The notes under the pieces are model-generated. The model made no database searches. It was given only the letters and a program-made list of their open reading frames with translations, and was not told the DNA's origin. A stretch of 64,000 nucleotides of DNA, from positions 5,113-69,112 of the forward strand of contig JBOGVD010000085.1 in assembly GCA_050696355.1 (NCBI GenBank), read 5' to 3'. Below, piece after piece: positions 28,155-38,697 of the stretch; position 1 is the stretch's first letter; every line of letters starts with the position of its first letter. The stretch is from Actinomycetota bacterium (GTDB taxonomy: Bacteria > Actinomycetota > UBA4738 > HRBIN12). Position numbers and translations under genes: made by a program.

Positions 28155-29204
28155 CTAGGCCTCGTCGGTGGCGATCTCCGTGAGCCGCTTCGCCACGGCT
28201 CGGACCGACGCCATCGCCGACAGGTAGTCCATCCGGGTCGGGCCCACCACGCCGATCGTCCCGACGGTCTCGTCCCCGGCCTTGAAGGGGGCGGTCACGA
28301 TCGAAGCCTCCCATTCGCCGGTGGTGGGATGCTCGGCGCCGATCGTGACCCACACGTCCTGGTGGTCCGCGGTGACGTCCTGGAGGACCTGGAGCATCTC
28401 CTGCTCGCGCTCGAGCGTCTCGAACAGACGCCGGAGGGTCTGGCGACGCCACGTCTGCGCCTCGTCGGTCAGGTTCGACACGCCACCGATCACCACGTGC
28501 GCCGCGCCCTCGCCCTGCGTGGCCGTCCGCAGCGTCTCGGCGACGTGCAGGAGCAGGTCGTGGTCCGCGGAGGAGGGCGACGCCTCGGCGGCGAGCTTCA
28601 GCAGCTGGGCCTGCGCGTCGACGTACGTCAGCCCCCGCAACGGCTGCAGGCGCTCCTCGACGGACCGGAGCACGCGGACGTCCACGGCCTCGGGCCGATC
28701 GATCACCCGCTTGTCCACGCGACCGTGCTGCCCGACGGCGAGGATCATCACCGTCGGGCCCATGTCGATCAGCTCCAGCCGCACGATCGGCTCCTCGGCG
28801 GCCCCGGGGGGGACCGCGAGCCCCGCGTATTGGGTCAGCCGGCTGAGCAGCTGCACCGAGCCTTTGAGGACCTCCTCGAGGTCGAGGATCGCCTCGGCGA
28901 AGTACCCGGAGATCGCCCGGCGATGGGCGTCGCGGAGCCGGAACCCGTGGGGCTGCGTGTCGACGTAGTGGCGATATCCCAGGTCCGTAGGGATGCGCCC
29001 CGCGCTCGTGTGGGGATGGCTCAGGAACCCCAGCTCCTCGAGCGCGGCCATCTCGTTCCGGATCGTCGCGCTCGACACGCCGAGGCCCGAGCTGTCGGCG
29101 ATCGTCTCGGAGCCCACGGGCTCGCCCGAGCGGACGTACTCCTCGACCACCGCGTTCAGGACCGCCGCCTTCCGGAGCCCGAGCTCGTGACGCTGCTCCA
29201 CCAT
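28155..29204 (-). CDS. hrcA: heat-inducible transcription repressor HrcA
   Basis: N-terminal wHTH (RKAAVLNAVVEEYVRSGEPVGSETIA), conserved hrcA-dnaJ order, and a CIRCE element directly upstream. Confidence 0.92.
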   Translation of the reverse strand: MVEQRHELGLRKAAVLNAVVEEYVRSGEPVGSETIADSSGLGVSSATIRNEMAALEELGFLSHPHTSAGRIPTDLGYRHYVDTQPHGFRLRDAHRRAISGYFAEAILDLEEVLKGSVQLLSRLTQYAGLAVPPGAAEEPIVRLELIDMGPTVMILAVGQHGRVDKRVIDRPEAVDVRVLRSVEERLQPLRGLTYVDAQAQLLKLAAEASPSSADHDLLLHVAETLRTATQGEGAAHVVIGGVSNLTDEAQTWRRQTLRRLFETLEREQEMLQVLQDVTADHQDVWVTIGAEHPTTGEWEASIVTAPFKAGDETVGTIGVVGPTRMDYLSAMASVRAVAKRLTEIATDEA

Positions 29205-29217
29205 GGAGCCAATGCTA

Positions 29218-29244
29218 CTGGCACTCTCCGCCCTCGAGTGCTAG
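29218..29244 (-). promoter_or_regulatory. CIRCE operator (HrcA binding site)
   Basis: CTGGCACTC-N9-GAGTGCTAG compared with the consensus TTAGCACTC-N9-GAGTGCTAA. It lies 14 nt upstream of the hrcA ATG. Confidence 0.75.
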
Positions 29245-29254
29245 GCCGCGCCGC

Positions 29255-29857
29255 TCAGCACCAATCGATCGCCGCGAGGCCGTCCAGCAGCTGGTTGGTG
29301 GCGGCCTCGGTGTCTCCCCCGCCCTCGGCCACCTCCTGATAGGTCCGGACCGCCTCCACGAGCTCATCGACCGCGGTGGCGCGCTCGTCCTCGCCGGCGC
29401 TCCGCAGGGCGTCGGCGTCGGCCGTGAGCGCGTCGACGGCGCGCCCCAGCGCATCGACCCGGAGCAGCTGGACGTCGACGAGGTCCCGGCACACCTTGTT
29501 GGCGGCACCCGCGACCGGTGACGGGGACGACGGCGAGGGCGACGGACTCGGGGCCGCGTCCTCGCCGCCGAGCGACCGCACGAGGAGGAACGTCGCCGCG
29601 ACGATGGCCAAGACCACGCCGATCAGGATCGGCATCGGGATCCCCGCCGAGGAGATCCCGCGACGGTTCCGCCCGTGGGGGGTCCCGCAGTTCGGGCACG
29701 TCCACGCCCGAACGCCGGGGCGCGTATGGTAGCGCTCGCCGCACACCGTGCAGCGCACGAAGCTCCACGTGCCGGCACAGACGATGCAGCGGTAGCCGTC
29801 CGCGTCGGCGTCGACCTCCTGGCGCGTCTGGCACTGAGGACAGGTGACCTCGGCCAT
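29255..29857 (-). CDS. zinc-ribbon membrane protein, hypothetical
   Basis: Cys pairs CPQC, CIVC, CTVC and CPNC, then one TM, a Pro/Ser linker and a helical C-terminal domain. Confidence 0.55.
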   Translation of the reverse strand: MAEVTCPQCQTRQEVDADADGYRCIVCAGTWSFVRCTVCGERYHTRPGVRAWTCPNCGTPHGRNRRGISSAGIPMPILIGVVLAIVAATFLLVRSLGGEDAAPSPSPSPSSPSPVAGAANKVCRDLVDVQLLRVDALGRAVDALTADADALRSAGEDERATAVDELVEAVRTYQEVAEGGGDTEAATNQLLDGLAAIDWC

Positions 29858-29871
29858 GGGATCGGCTCATG

Positions 29872-31386
29872 CTACCGTCGGGGCCGAGCCGGCCGCCGCA
29901 AGATCATCCGGGCTGCGACGGCCGACCCGAGCACACCCACGATCGCGAGGACCGTTGCGACGATGCCCATCTGCCGACGGAAGCCTGGCGGCGGCGGATC
30001 ACAGAGCCGGTCAAGCACGCCTCCAAGCCTTGCCCGCAGACCGGGCGCCGTGGCCGCGAGGTTCCGCAGCTGGAACGGATCCTCGGCCAGGTCGTAGAGC
30101 TCCTGCTCGCCGGTGTCGTAGGACGCGAACAGATACCGGGCGGTCCGGACCGCGCAATAGGTGGGGATCGGGTTCGTCCCACGGAGATGCTCGACCAGGA
30201 TCGCGTGGCGCCACCGCTCGGCGCTCCCGTCCACCAACGGGAGCAGGCTCCGGCCGTCGGCACCCGGCAGCGCGACACCGGCCGTCTCCGCGATCGTCGG
30301 CGCGAGGTCGATGTTGGCGACGAGGTGGGGATCGATCCGCGCCCCCCCGCGCGCGATCGCATCCGCCCGGATCACGAGCGGGACCCGGATCGCCTCGTCG
30401 TATGGAACCTCCTTCTTCACCCATCGATGCTCGCCCCAGAGCAGGCCGTTGTCGGTCGTGTAGATCACCAACGCGTCGTCGAGCCGTCCCGTGTCCTCGA
30501 GCGCGTCCAGGAGGCGGCCGACCGCACGATCCACGGCCTGGAGCGAGCGGTACTGGTCTTTCCGGAGCGCATCGAGGCTGTTCGTGCGGTCGGGCCCGAG
30601 CGGCACCATCGCGCGGACGTGCTCCGGCTTGTCCGACGCATCGGGTTCGTTGAAGGAAGGCGGCCGCCACGGCGGGAGGTCCGCGAAGCCACCCTCGTCA
30701 CCCGGGGAGGGTGTCGCCGGCGCGTGCGGCGCCGCGGGCGCGAAGACCGCGAGGACCGGCCCGCCGCTCCCGCGGATGAACGCCTCGGTCTCCGCGGCGA
30801 GGACATCGGTCGAGTAGTCCGCCGGTCCGAAGCCGTAGCGATGGATGGCGCCGTCGATCGTGAGGCCGTAGTCGAAGTACTCCGCGTGGACGAACGACAC
30901 CCACCGATCCCAGCCGGGCGGCACGTAGCCCGCGAGCGCGTCGGACTGGTACGAGTCGAGGTACTTCCCGAAGAAGCCCGTGCGATACCCGGCACCGCGC
31001 AGCACCGTGGCGATCGTGGTCGTTTCGTCGAAGGACCGGGAGCCGCCGTGCGGGAGCGCCTGCCGGTAGACCCCGGTCGTGTGCGGGTACGCCCCGGTGA
31101 GGAGCGACGCCCGGCTCGGGCAGCAGAGCGAGCTCGTGGTGAAGGACGCCGAGAACGTGACTCCCCGCTCCACGAGGAACCGCTGGAGCACCGGCATCGC
31201 CCACAGCGTGTCCCATCGCTGGTCGTCCGTGACGATCAGCAGCACCGAGGGCCGCTCACCGGGCTCGTCCTGAGCCGACGCGGACGAGATCGGGCCGATG
31301 CTCGCGAGGACGACCGCCGCTGAGGCGAGGGCGAGTCGAGACGCTTTCCTCCGGAGCGGGAACCAGGAGGATCGTGCGCCGGCCAT
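29872..31386 (-). CDS. sulfatase family protein (formylglycine type) with a C-terminal TM anchor
   Basis: Signal peptide from ATG 31386, LLIVTDDQRWDT and the active-site motif CCPSRASLLTG (CxPxR). The upstream 264 codons of the ORF-track call look non-coding. Confidence 0.85.
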   Translation of the reverse strand: MAGARSSWFPLRRKASRLALASAAVVLASIGPISSASAQDEPGERPSVLLIVTDDQRWDTLWAMPVLQRFLVERGVTFSASFTTSSLCCPSRASLLTGAYPHTTGVYRQALPHGGSRSFDETTTIATVLRGAGYRTGFFGKYLDSYQSDALAGYVPPGWDRWVSFVHAEYFDYGLTIDGAIHRYGFGPADYSTDVLAAETEAFIRGSGGPVLAVFAPAAPHAPATPSPGDEGGFADLPPWRPPSFNEPDASDKPEHVRAMVPLGPDRTNSLDALRKDQYRSLQAVDRAVGRLLDALEDTGRLDDALVIYTTDNGLLWGEHRWVKKEVPYDEAIRVPLVIRADAIARGGARIDPHLVANIDLAPTIAETAGVALPGADGRSLLPLVDGSAERWRHAILVEHLRGTNPIPTYCAVRTARYLFASYDTGEQELYDLAEDPFQLRNLAATAPGLRARLGGVLDRLCDPPPPGFRRQMGIVATVLAIVGVLGSAVAARMILRRPARPRR

Positions 31387-31521
31387 CGCGGCCGAGCGTA
31401 CCCCGACCGTGGTGCGCCTTGAGAAAACGGGGAACCCGTGACAACCGTTCCTGGCTCCCAGGCGTCCTACGATCGGTGAAGCCGAACATCCCAGGAAGGG
31501 AAGCGCGACCTGGACGAAAGC

Positions 31522-32019
31522 GTGATCCGCGGGTTCCTGGCGCGCGACTACCCGCGCGTGGTGAACGCCGTGGCCCTTGCGTCCGGGAGCTACCCCGCGG
31601 CGGAGGACGCCGTGCAGGAGGCACTGGTTCGAGCATGGATCCGATCCGAGCGAGGCCAGCAGGTGGAATCGCTCCCGGCATGGGTGGCGGCCGTGGCCCT
31701 CAATCAGACCCGGAGCGGCTGGAGGCGCGCCATGGCCGAACGACGAGCGCGGTCTCGATTGGTCGAGCGAGCCGGAGCAGCCGCCGCCCCGAGCGAGGAT
31801 CACGTCGAGGTGGCGAGGGCACTCGCCTCGCTCCCCCGTCGCCAGCGCGAGGTGGCCGTGCTCCGGTACGTGCTCGAGATGAGCACCGCCGAGGTCGCGG
31901 CTGCGCTCGGGATCACAGAAGGAACCGTGAAGAGCTCGCTCGCGCGGGCAAGGACGCATCTGGCCGCGGTCCTCGCCGTGCATGACGAAGAGGTGGCGAA
32001 CGATGTCGAAGGTCGATGA
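31522..32019 (+). CDS. ECF-type RNA polymerase sigma factor
   Basis: Region 2 (AEDAVQEALVRAW) and region 4 (LPRRQREVAVLRYVLEMSTAEVAAALGITEGTVKSSLARAR). GTG start. Confidence 0.85.
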   Translation: MIRGFLARDYPRVVNAVALASGSYPAAEDAVQEALVRAWIRSERGQQVESLPAWVAAVALNQTRSGWRRAMAERRARSRLVERAGAAAAPSEDHVEVARALASLPRRQREVAVLRYVLEMSTAEVAAALGITEGTVKSSLARARTHLAAVLAVHDEEVANDVEGR

Positions 32020-33835
32020 GGAGCTGACCCGCCGGCTCCGCCGGGCCGAGCGCCCGGTGGAGGCTGAAGGCGTCTTCGAGGAGCTCGATCGGCGGCATGG
32101 GCACCGCGACCGCCTCCGTCGCGTCCAGGCCGGGTTGGTGGCGTTCGCCGTACTCGCCGCCACCACCGGTGGCTTCATCGCGCTCCGTGAGGCCTTCGGT
32201 GGGAGCGGGCGCGACGTCGGCGATGCGATCCTCGCGTCGAACGGAGAGATCCTGTTCGCGCGGGAGGATGCTGACGGGCACTCGCATCTGTACGCTGACC
32301 AGCCTCAAGGCTCGGCTCTCCGGCAGCTCACGGAGGGCGACTCGAACAACGCCGACCCAGCCGTCTCGCCCGACGGCACGACGGTGGCGTTCGCACATCA
32401 GGTGGACGGCTCGCTCGGGGCGATCGCGACGATTCCGATCGAAGGTGAGCCGGTCTCGTGGCAGACCACGCGGCACCAAGACGCGGTCGATCCGGCGTGG
32501 TCCCCGGACGGATCCCGGATCGCGTTCGTCGGCTACACCATCGACACGGCGGACCTGTACGTGACCGAAGTAGGCACCGACGTGGATCGGCGGATCCCGC
32601 TGTCCGCCGAGGAGAACAACGTGATGCCGACCGGCGCGGCCAACTTCCCGGCCCATCCGACGTGGTCACCCGACGGGACGAGCATCGCGGTCGCAGTGGC
32701 CACGTCGACGGGCAGCTTCGCGACCTCGTGGGATCTGGCCGTGATCCGCCCGGACGGTGGCGGACTCGAGTGGATCGTCGCGACGGACGACATCGACGAG
32801 GAAGCGCCCGCGTGGTCGCCGGACGGAACGCGGATCGCGTTCACCCGGCCGGGTGAGGAAGGCGACGAGGTCTGGACGATCGATCCCGACGGCGGTTCCG
32901 AGACGCTCCTCGCGACGGCTGTCGAAGCGTCGCTCGAGCCGGACCTCGCGTGGGCACCCGACGGCTCAGCCCTACTCGTCTCGGACGGCGACTGGATCTA
33001 CCGGGTGGACGCCACGCCCGAGGGCGACCCTCGGGACAACTTCGTTCAGCTCGTGGAGGGGCACTCCCCCGCGTGGCAACCGTTGCCTGCCGGCTCGGAG
33101 CCGTCGGCCACGGCGATCCCACAGCCGAGCCCGTCGCCCAGCCCAGAACCCGAGGGCCGCGACATCGGGCTCGGGTTCAGCGTCTGCCACGTGCAGCGAC
33201 TGGGCGGGATCGACTTCCTCGGTGACGGGACGAGCGGGACTGCGTGGACCGGGACGAAGGTGACGCGAGAGGGAACCTGTCCCGACGGGTCCGATGACCG
33301 CTACGGCGTGGCCGCCGACGTCACCGGGGACGGCGTCGCGGACAGCTGGTCAGGCGAGACGATCGAGCACTGCACGATGTGCGGACCGTTCCTGGCGACG
33401 GATCTGAACGGAGACGGGGCCGAGGAGGTGATCGTGACGCTGCAGGGCGGCGCGATCATCCAGTACGGCATCTACACCGTCCTATCCGTTGATGGTGAGA
33501 TGCAGCTCGTTCCGTTCCGCACAAGCGAACCCGGTCACCCGCAGCACGCCCTCCACGCCGGTGAGCCGTTCACCTTCTGGGTCGGTGGGGACGCCGGTTC
33601 CTCCGACCACTTCTACTGCGCCCGACTCCCCGAGCTCCGGCTCACCGGAACGGAGTCGCCGATCGACGGCGGAGCCGACGCCATCACCACCGTGCACGAG
33701 ACGCATGTCTCGCTCGGGACCGGCGGCGTCGCACACATCCTCGATGCGGAGACCTACACCGTCACCGGCGAGGTGGACCTCCGATACGCGACCACGGAGC
33801 CGGACTGCGGCCTCGGCGTCGACATCTGGCGATAG
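32003..33835 (+). CDS. putative anti-sigma/membrane protein with PD40 (TolB-like) beta-propeller and FG-GAP-like C-terminal domain
   Basis: It overlaps the sigma gene by 17 nt and has one TM (LVAFAVLAATTGGFIAL). It carries repeated PD40 motifs (PAVSPDGTTVAF, PAWSPDGSRIAF, PTWSPDGTSIAV, PAWSPDGTRIAF) and DGDG loops (DVTGDGVADSW, TDLNGDGAEEV). Confidence 0.65.
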   Translation: MSKVDEELTRRLRRAERPVEAEGVFEELDRRHGHRDRLRRVQAGLVAFAVLAATTGGFIALREAFGGSGRDVGDAILASNGEILFAREDADGHSHLYADQPQGSALRQLTEGDSNNADPAVSPDGTTVAFAHQVDGSLGAIATIPIEGEPVSWQTTRHQDAVDPAWSPDGSRIAFVGYTIDTADLYVTEVGTDVDRRIPLSAEENNVMPTGAANFPAHPTWSPDGTSIAVAVATSTGSFATSWDLAVIRPDGGGLEWIVATDDIDEEAPAWSPDGTRIAFTRPGEEGDEVWTIDPDGGSETLLATAVEASLEPDLAWAPDGSALLVSDGDWIYRVDATPEGDPRDNFVQLVEGHSPAWQPLPAGSEPSATAIPQPSPSPSPEPEGRDIGLGFSVCHVQRLGGIDFLGDGTSGTAWTGTKVTREGTCPDGSDDRYGVAADVTGDGVADSWSGETIEHCTMCGPFLATDLNGDGAEEVIVTLQGGAIIQYGIYTVLSVDGEMQLVPFRTSEPGHPQHALHAGEPFTFWVGGDAGSSDHFYCARLPELRLTGTESPIDGGADAITTVHETHVSLGTGGVAHILDAETYTVTGEVDLRYATTEPDCGLGVDIWR

Positions 33836-33841
33836 CCAGAC

Positions 33842-34959
33842 TCATCGCCCGTCGGTGAGACCGAGGACGAGCTCGTTCAGGAGCAGCATCCCGCGCTCGG
33901 TCGGGACCAGGTGGCCGTCGTCGCGCAGGAGCAGACCGCTCTCGACGTACGGCTGCTCGCGACCGTCCTCGACCCAGCTGGCCGGGATACCCTGGAGGAT
34001 CCGGAGCCGGAGGAACACCTCCTCCAGGTAGGCGTCGGCGGGTTCCAGCACCTCCGAACCGCCCACGGGAAGCTCCCCGCGCTCGACCGTCGCCAGGTAC
34101 TCCTCCGGCGGACGGAGGTTCCACGAGCGGTGGCCGTCGCGATATCCGTGCGCGCCCGCGCCGAGCCCCACGTACGGCCGGCGCTCCCAGTAGCCGAGGT
34201 TGTGCCGGCACTCGTAGCCGGGCCGCGCCCAGTTCGAGACCTCGTAGTGGCCGTAGCCGGCATCGCCGAGCAGGCGGCACGCCGCCTCGAACATGTCGGC
34301 CTGGAGGTCCGGATCGGGCGCCGGCATGTCGCCGCGCGCCACCTGGCGACCCAGCGCGGTCGCCGGCTCGATCGTGAGCGCGTAGGCACTGACGTGCGCC
34401 GGCGACAGCGCGACCGCCTCCTCGAGCGTCCGCCCCCACGACTCGAGCGTCTCCCCCGTCGCGCCGTAGATCAGATCCAGGTTCACGTTGTCGTAGCCCG
34501 CGGACCGGGCGGCCCGGAACGCCTTCACCACCGACTCGGGCTGGTGCACGCGCTCCAGCGCGGCCAACACGGAGCGGTCGAACGACTGCGCGCCCATCGA
34601 CAGCCGTCCATAGCCCGCCTCCAAGAGCCCCGCCAGCTTCGGCTCGTCCACGGTGTCCGGGTTCGCCTCGATCGTCACCTCTGCGCCAGGCATCACGGAG
34701 AACACGGATCGCACGCGTGCGAGCAGCGCCTTCAGGTCGGCCACCTCCAGCGTCGTCGGCGTGCCGCCGCCGAGGAACACGCTCACCACCTCCACGCCTT
34801 CCCACGCCGGCGCCGCGAGCTCGGCCTCCCGGAGCAGCGCCGCGACGTACCGCGACGCCAGGTGATCCAGTCCCGCGTATGCGTTGAAGTCGCAGTAGCC
34901 GCAGCGCGTCAGGCAGAACGGGACGTGGACGTAGATGCCGGCGGCTTCCGAGCGCCCGT

Positions 34960-34963
<4 letters not shown>
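33842..34963 (-). CDS. hemW: radical SAM heme chaperone HemW (HemN-like)
   Basis: [16 protein letters not shown] (CxxxCxxC). The GTG start overlaps the lepA stop (GTGA), and the lepA-hemW order is conserved. Confidence 0.9.
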
Positions 34964-36768
<1,805 letters not shown>

Positions 36769-36850
36769 CGTACGGCGAGGCCTGCCCATGCCACGGACGT
36801 CCACGCGTGGGCCGGGTAGATGCGAACCCGCTGGTAGACTGCCCGCTCTC

Positions 36851-37120
36851 ATGGCGAACCTCAAGTCTCAGATCAAGCGCAACCGCCAGAACGTGAAGCG
36901 CGGCGAGCGCAACAAGGCCGTCCGAACGGCGCTCAAGACGTCCACGAAGAAGCTCCGGACGGCCGTCGACGCCGGCGACGCCGAGGAGGCCACGGCCCGG
37001 CAGCGGGAGATCGCCCGGGCGCTCGACAAGGCGGTCGCCAAGGGCATCGTGCACGAGCGCACGGCGGCTCGCCGCAAGAGCCGGCTCGCGAAGGCGGCCA
37101 GCTCGGTCGCGTCCGAGTAA
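36851..37120 (+). CDS. rpsT: 30S ribosomal protein S20
   Basis: [30 protein letters not shown]... Confidence 0.95.
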   Translation: MANLKSQIKRNRQNVKRGERNKAVRTALKTSTKKLRTAVDAGDAEEATARQREIARALDKAVAKGIVHERTAARRKSRLAKAASSVASE

Positions 37121-37142
37121 CCGCACTCCCTCCACCGTCTCG

Positions 37143-37906
37143 ATGGCGAGGCATCCGCTCGATCGCTCGATGGGGCCGTACTACGAGCGACGGGCGGCCG
37201 AGTACGACGATCGGTACCTCGGGGCGGGGCTCTTCGCGAGCCGCGACCGCCCGGGCTGGGACGAGGAGCTCCGCGCCCTCCAGGGAGCGCTCGCCTCGCT
37301 CCGGCCGGTCCGGACCCTCGACGTCGCATGCGGCACCGGCTTCCTCACGCGGCTCCTGCCCGGGGCCGTCGTGGGGAGCGACGCGAGCCACGGGATGCTT
37401 GCCGAGTCACGCGCCCGGCACGGGCATCCGCTCGTCCGCGCCGACGCCTTCGCCCTTCCCTTCCGAGACAGCTCGTTCGACCAGGTGTTCACCGGGCACT
37501 TCTTCGGGCGTCTGTACCCCGATCAGCGGGCAGGTTCCTCGCCGAGGCCCGGCGGGTCGCGCCGGAGCTCGTGGTGCTGGACGCGGCGCTCCGCGACGAC
37601 GTGGTGCCCGAGCAGATCCAGGACCGGGTCCTGAACGACGGGTCGACGCATCGGGTGTTCAAGCGGTTCTTCGCGGCGTCGCAGCTCGCCGGCGAGCTCG
37701 GGGGCGGGCGCCCGCTCTTCGAGGGACGACGGTTCGTGATGGTGGAGGCCCGCGCGCTCGGCGTTCAGCCGGCGATCGAGGTGACGACCGAGGGCATCAC
37801 GACGTCGCCGGTCGCCCCCGACTTCAACGCGCGATCGGCCTCGGTCACGCGGTCGTGCAGCTCGACGAGCTGCGCCATCGAGAAGTTGCTCGCCTGCTGC
37901 TGGTAG
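37143..37906 (+). pseudogene. class I SAM-dependent methyltransferase with an apparent frameshift
   Basis: Motif I (LDVACGTGFLT) and FDQVFTGHFFGRLYPDQR are in the frame of ORF 37143..37634. The continuation RFLAEARRVAPELVVLDAA...FVMVEA is in the frame of ORF 37328..37906. The switch is at about 37527-37534 (cgggcagg). Confidence 0.65.
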
Positions 37907-38697
37907 CGGCGCGCCTGCCAATCGAACCGGAGGCCGGCCTCCCTCGCGACCTGGGCGAGGGGCATCCGGTCCGGGAGCGACCGCACCTTCAGGAGGTCGC
38001 GGAGCCTGGCGGCGATCCCGCCGAGGACCATGAGCGCCTCGTCGCCTGCTTCCTCGATCGCCCGTAGGGAGCGGATCGCGCCGGGGAGGTCCTTCGCGAA
38101 CGCCCGGTCGCACAGGTCCCACGTCTTCTGCTCCCCCAGGCCGCGGAACTGGCTCGAGACCTCGCGCGGTCCGATCCGCTCGCCGGTGAAGGCGTCCTGG
38201 AGCTGGTCGAGCGCGGACACGAGCTGTCCCGGCTCGGGCCCGAGCGCCTCCACGAGCGCGCGGGCGCCCGGGATCGCGAGGTCGAGCCCTCGCTCCTTCG
38301 CACGGCTCACGAGCCACGGCTCGAGCTCCTTGCGCGCGATGTCCACCTTGCGGACCTGCCCGACCGGCTCGACGAGCTTCTGGAGGGCGGCCGGCACCTT
38401 CCCGCGATCGGCGACGACGCACGACAGCACCAATTTGGCGTCGGGGTCGGGGGTGGCGAGGTACCGCGCGATCTCGTCCAGGGTCTCCTTGCGGAGCGAC
38501 TTCGCGTCGTTGACCAGCAGCGCGCGGGGCTCGCCGAACAGCGACGGCGTGGAGAGGCCCTGGAGCTCGCCGCCTTCCCAGTCGGCGGCGTCGACCTCGG
38601 CGGCCTTCACCTCACCCAGCAAGTCGAGCGCGGCCTCGCGCAGGAGGTAGGCGTCCTCGCCCCAGAGCAGCGTCACAGGAGGAGGAGCCTCGGTCAT
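37765..38697 (-). CDS. holA: DNA polymerase III subunit delta
   Basis: 310 aa from ATG 38697, which overlaps the comEC stop (ATGA). It has HolA-like LLWGEDAYLL...PSLFGEPRALLV and the conserved comEC-holA order. Confidence 0.85.
   Translation of the reverse strand: MTEAPPPVTLLWGEDAYLLREAALDLLGEVKAAEVDAADWEGGELQGLSTPSLFGEPRALLVNDAKSLRKETLDEIARYLATPDPDAKLVLSCVVADRGKVPAALQKLVEPVGQVRKVDIARKELEPWLVSRAKERGLDLAIPGARALVEALGPEPGQLVSALDQLQDAFTGERIGPREVSSQFRGLGEQKTWDLCDRAFAKDLPGAIRSLRAIEEAGDEALMVLGGIAARLRDLLKVRSLPDRMPLAQVAREAGLRFDWQARRYQQQASNFSMAQLVELHDRVTEADRALKSGATGDVVMPSVVTSIAG

Noticed and set aside
31387-32178. Long N-terminal extensions in the ORF-track calls for the sulfatase (768 aa), holA frame (1103 aa), uppS, lepA, deoC, GT2, ALDH and ybeY.
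   Set aside because: The extensions are low-complexity and overlap upstream genes. Internal starts give signal peptides, canonical N-termini and ATGA/GTGA coupling instead.
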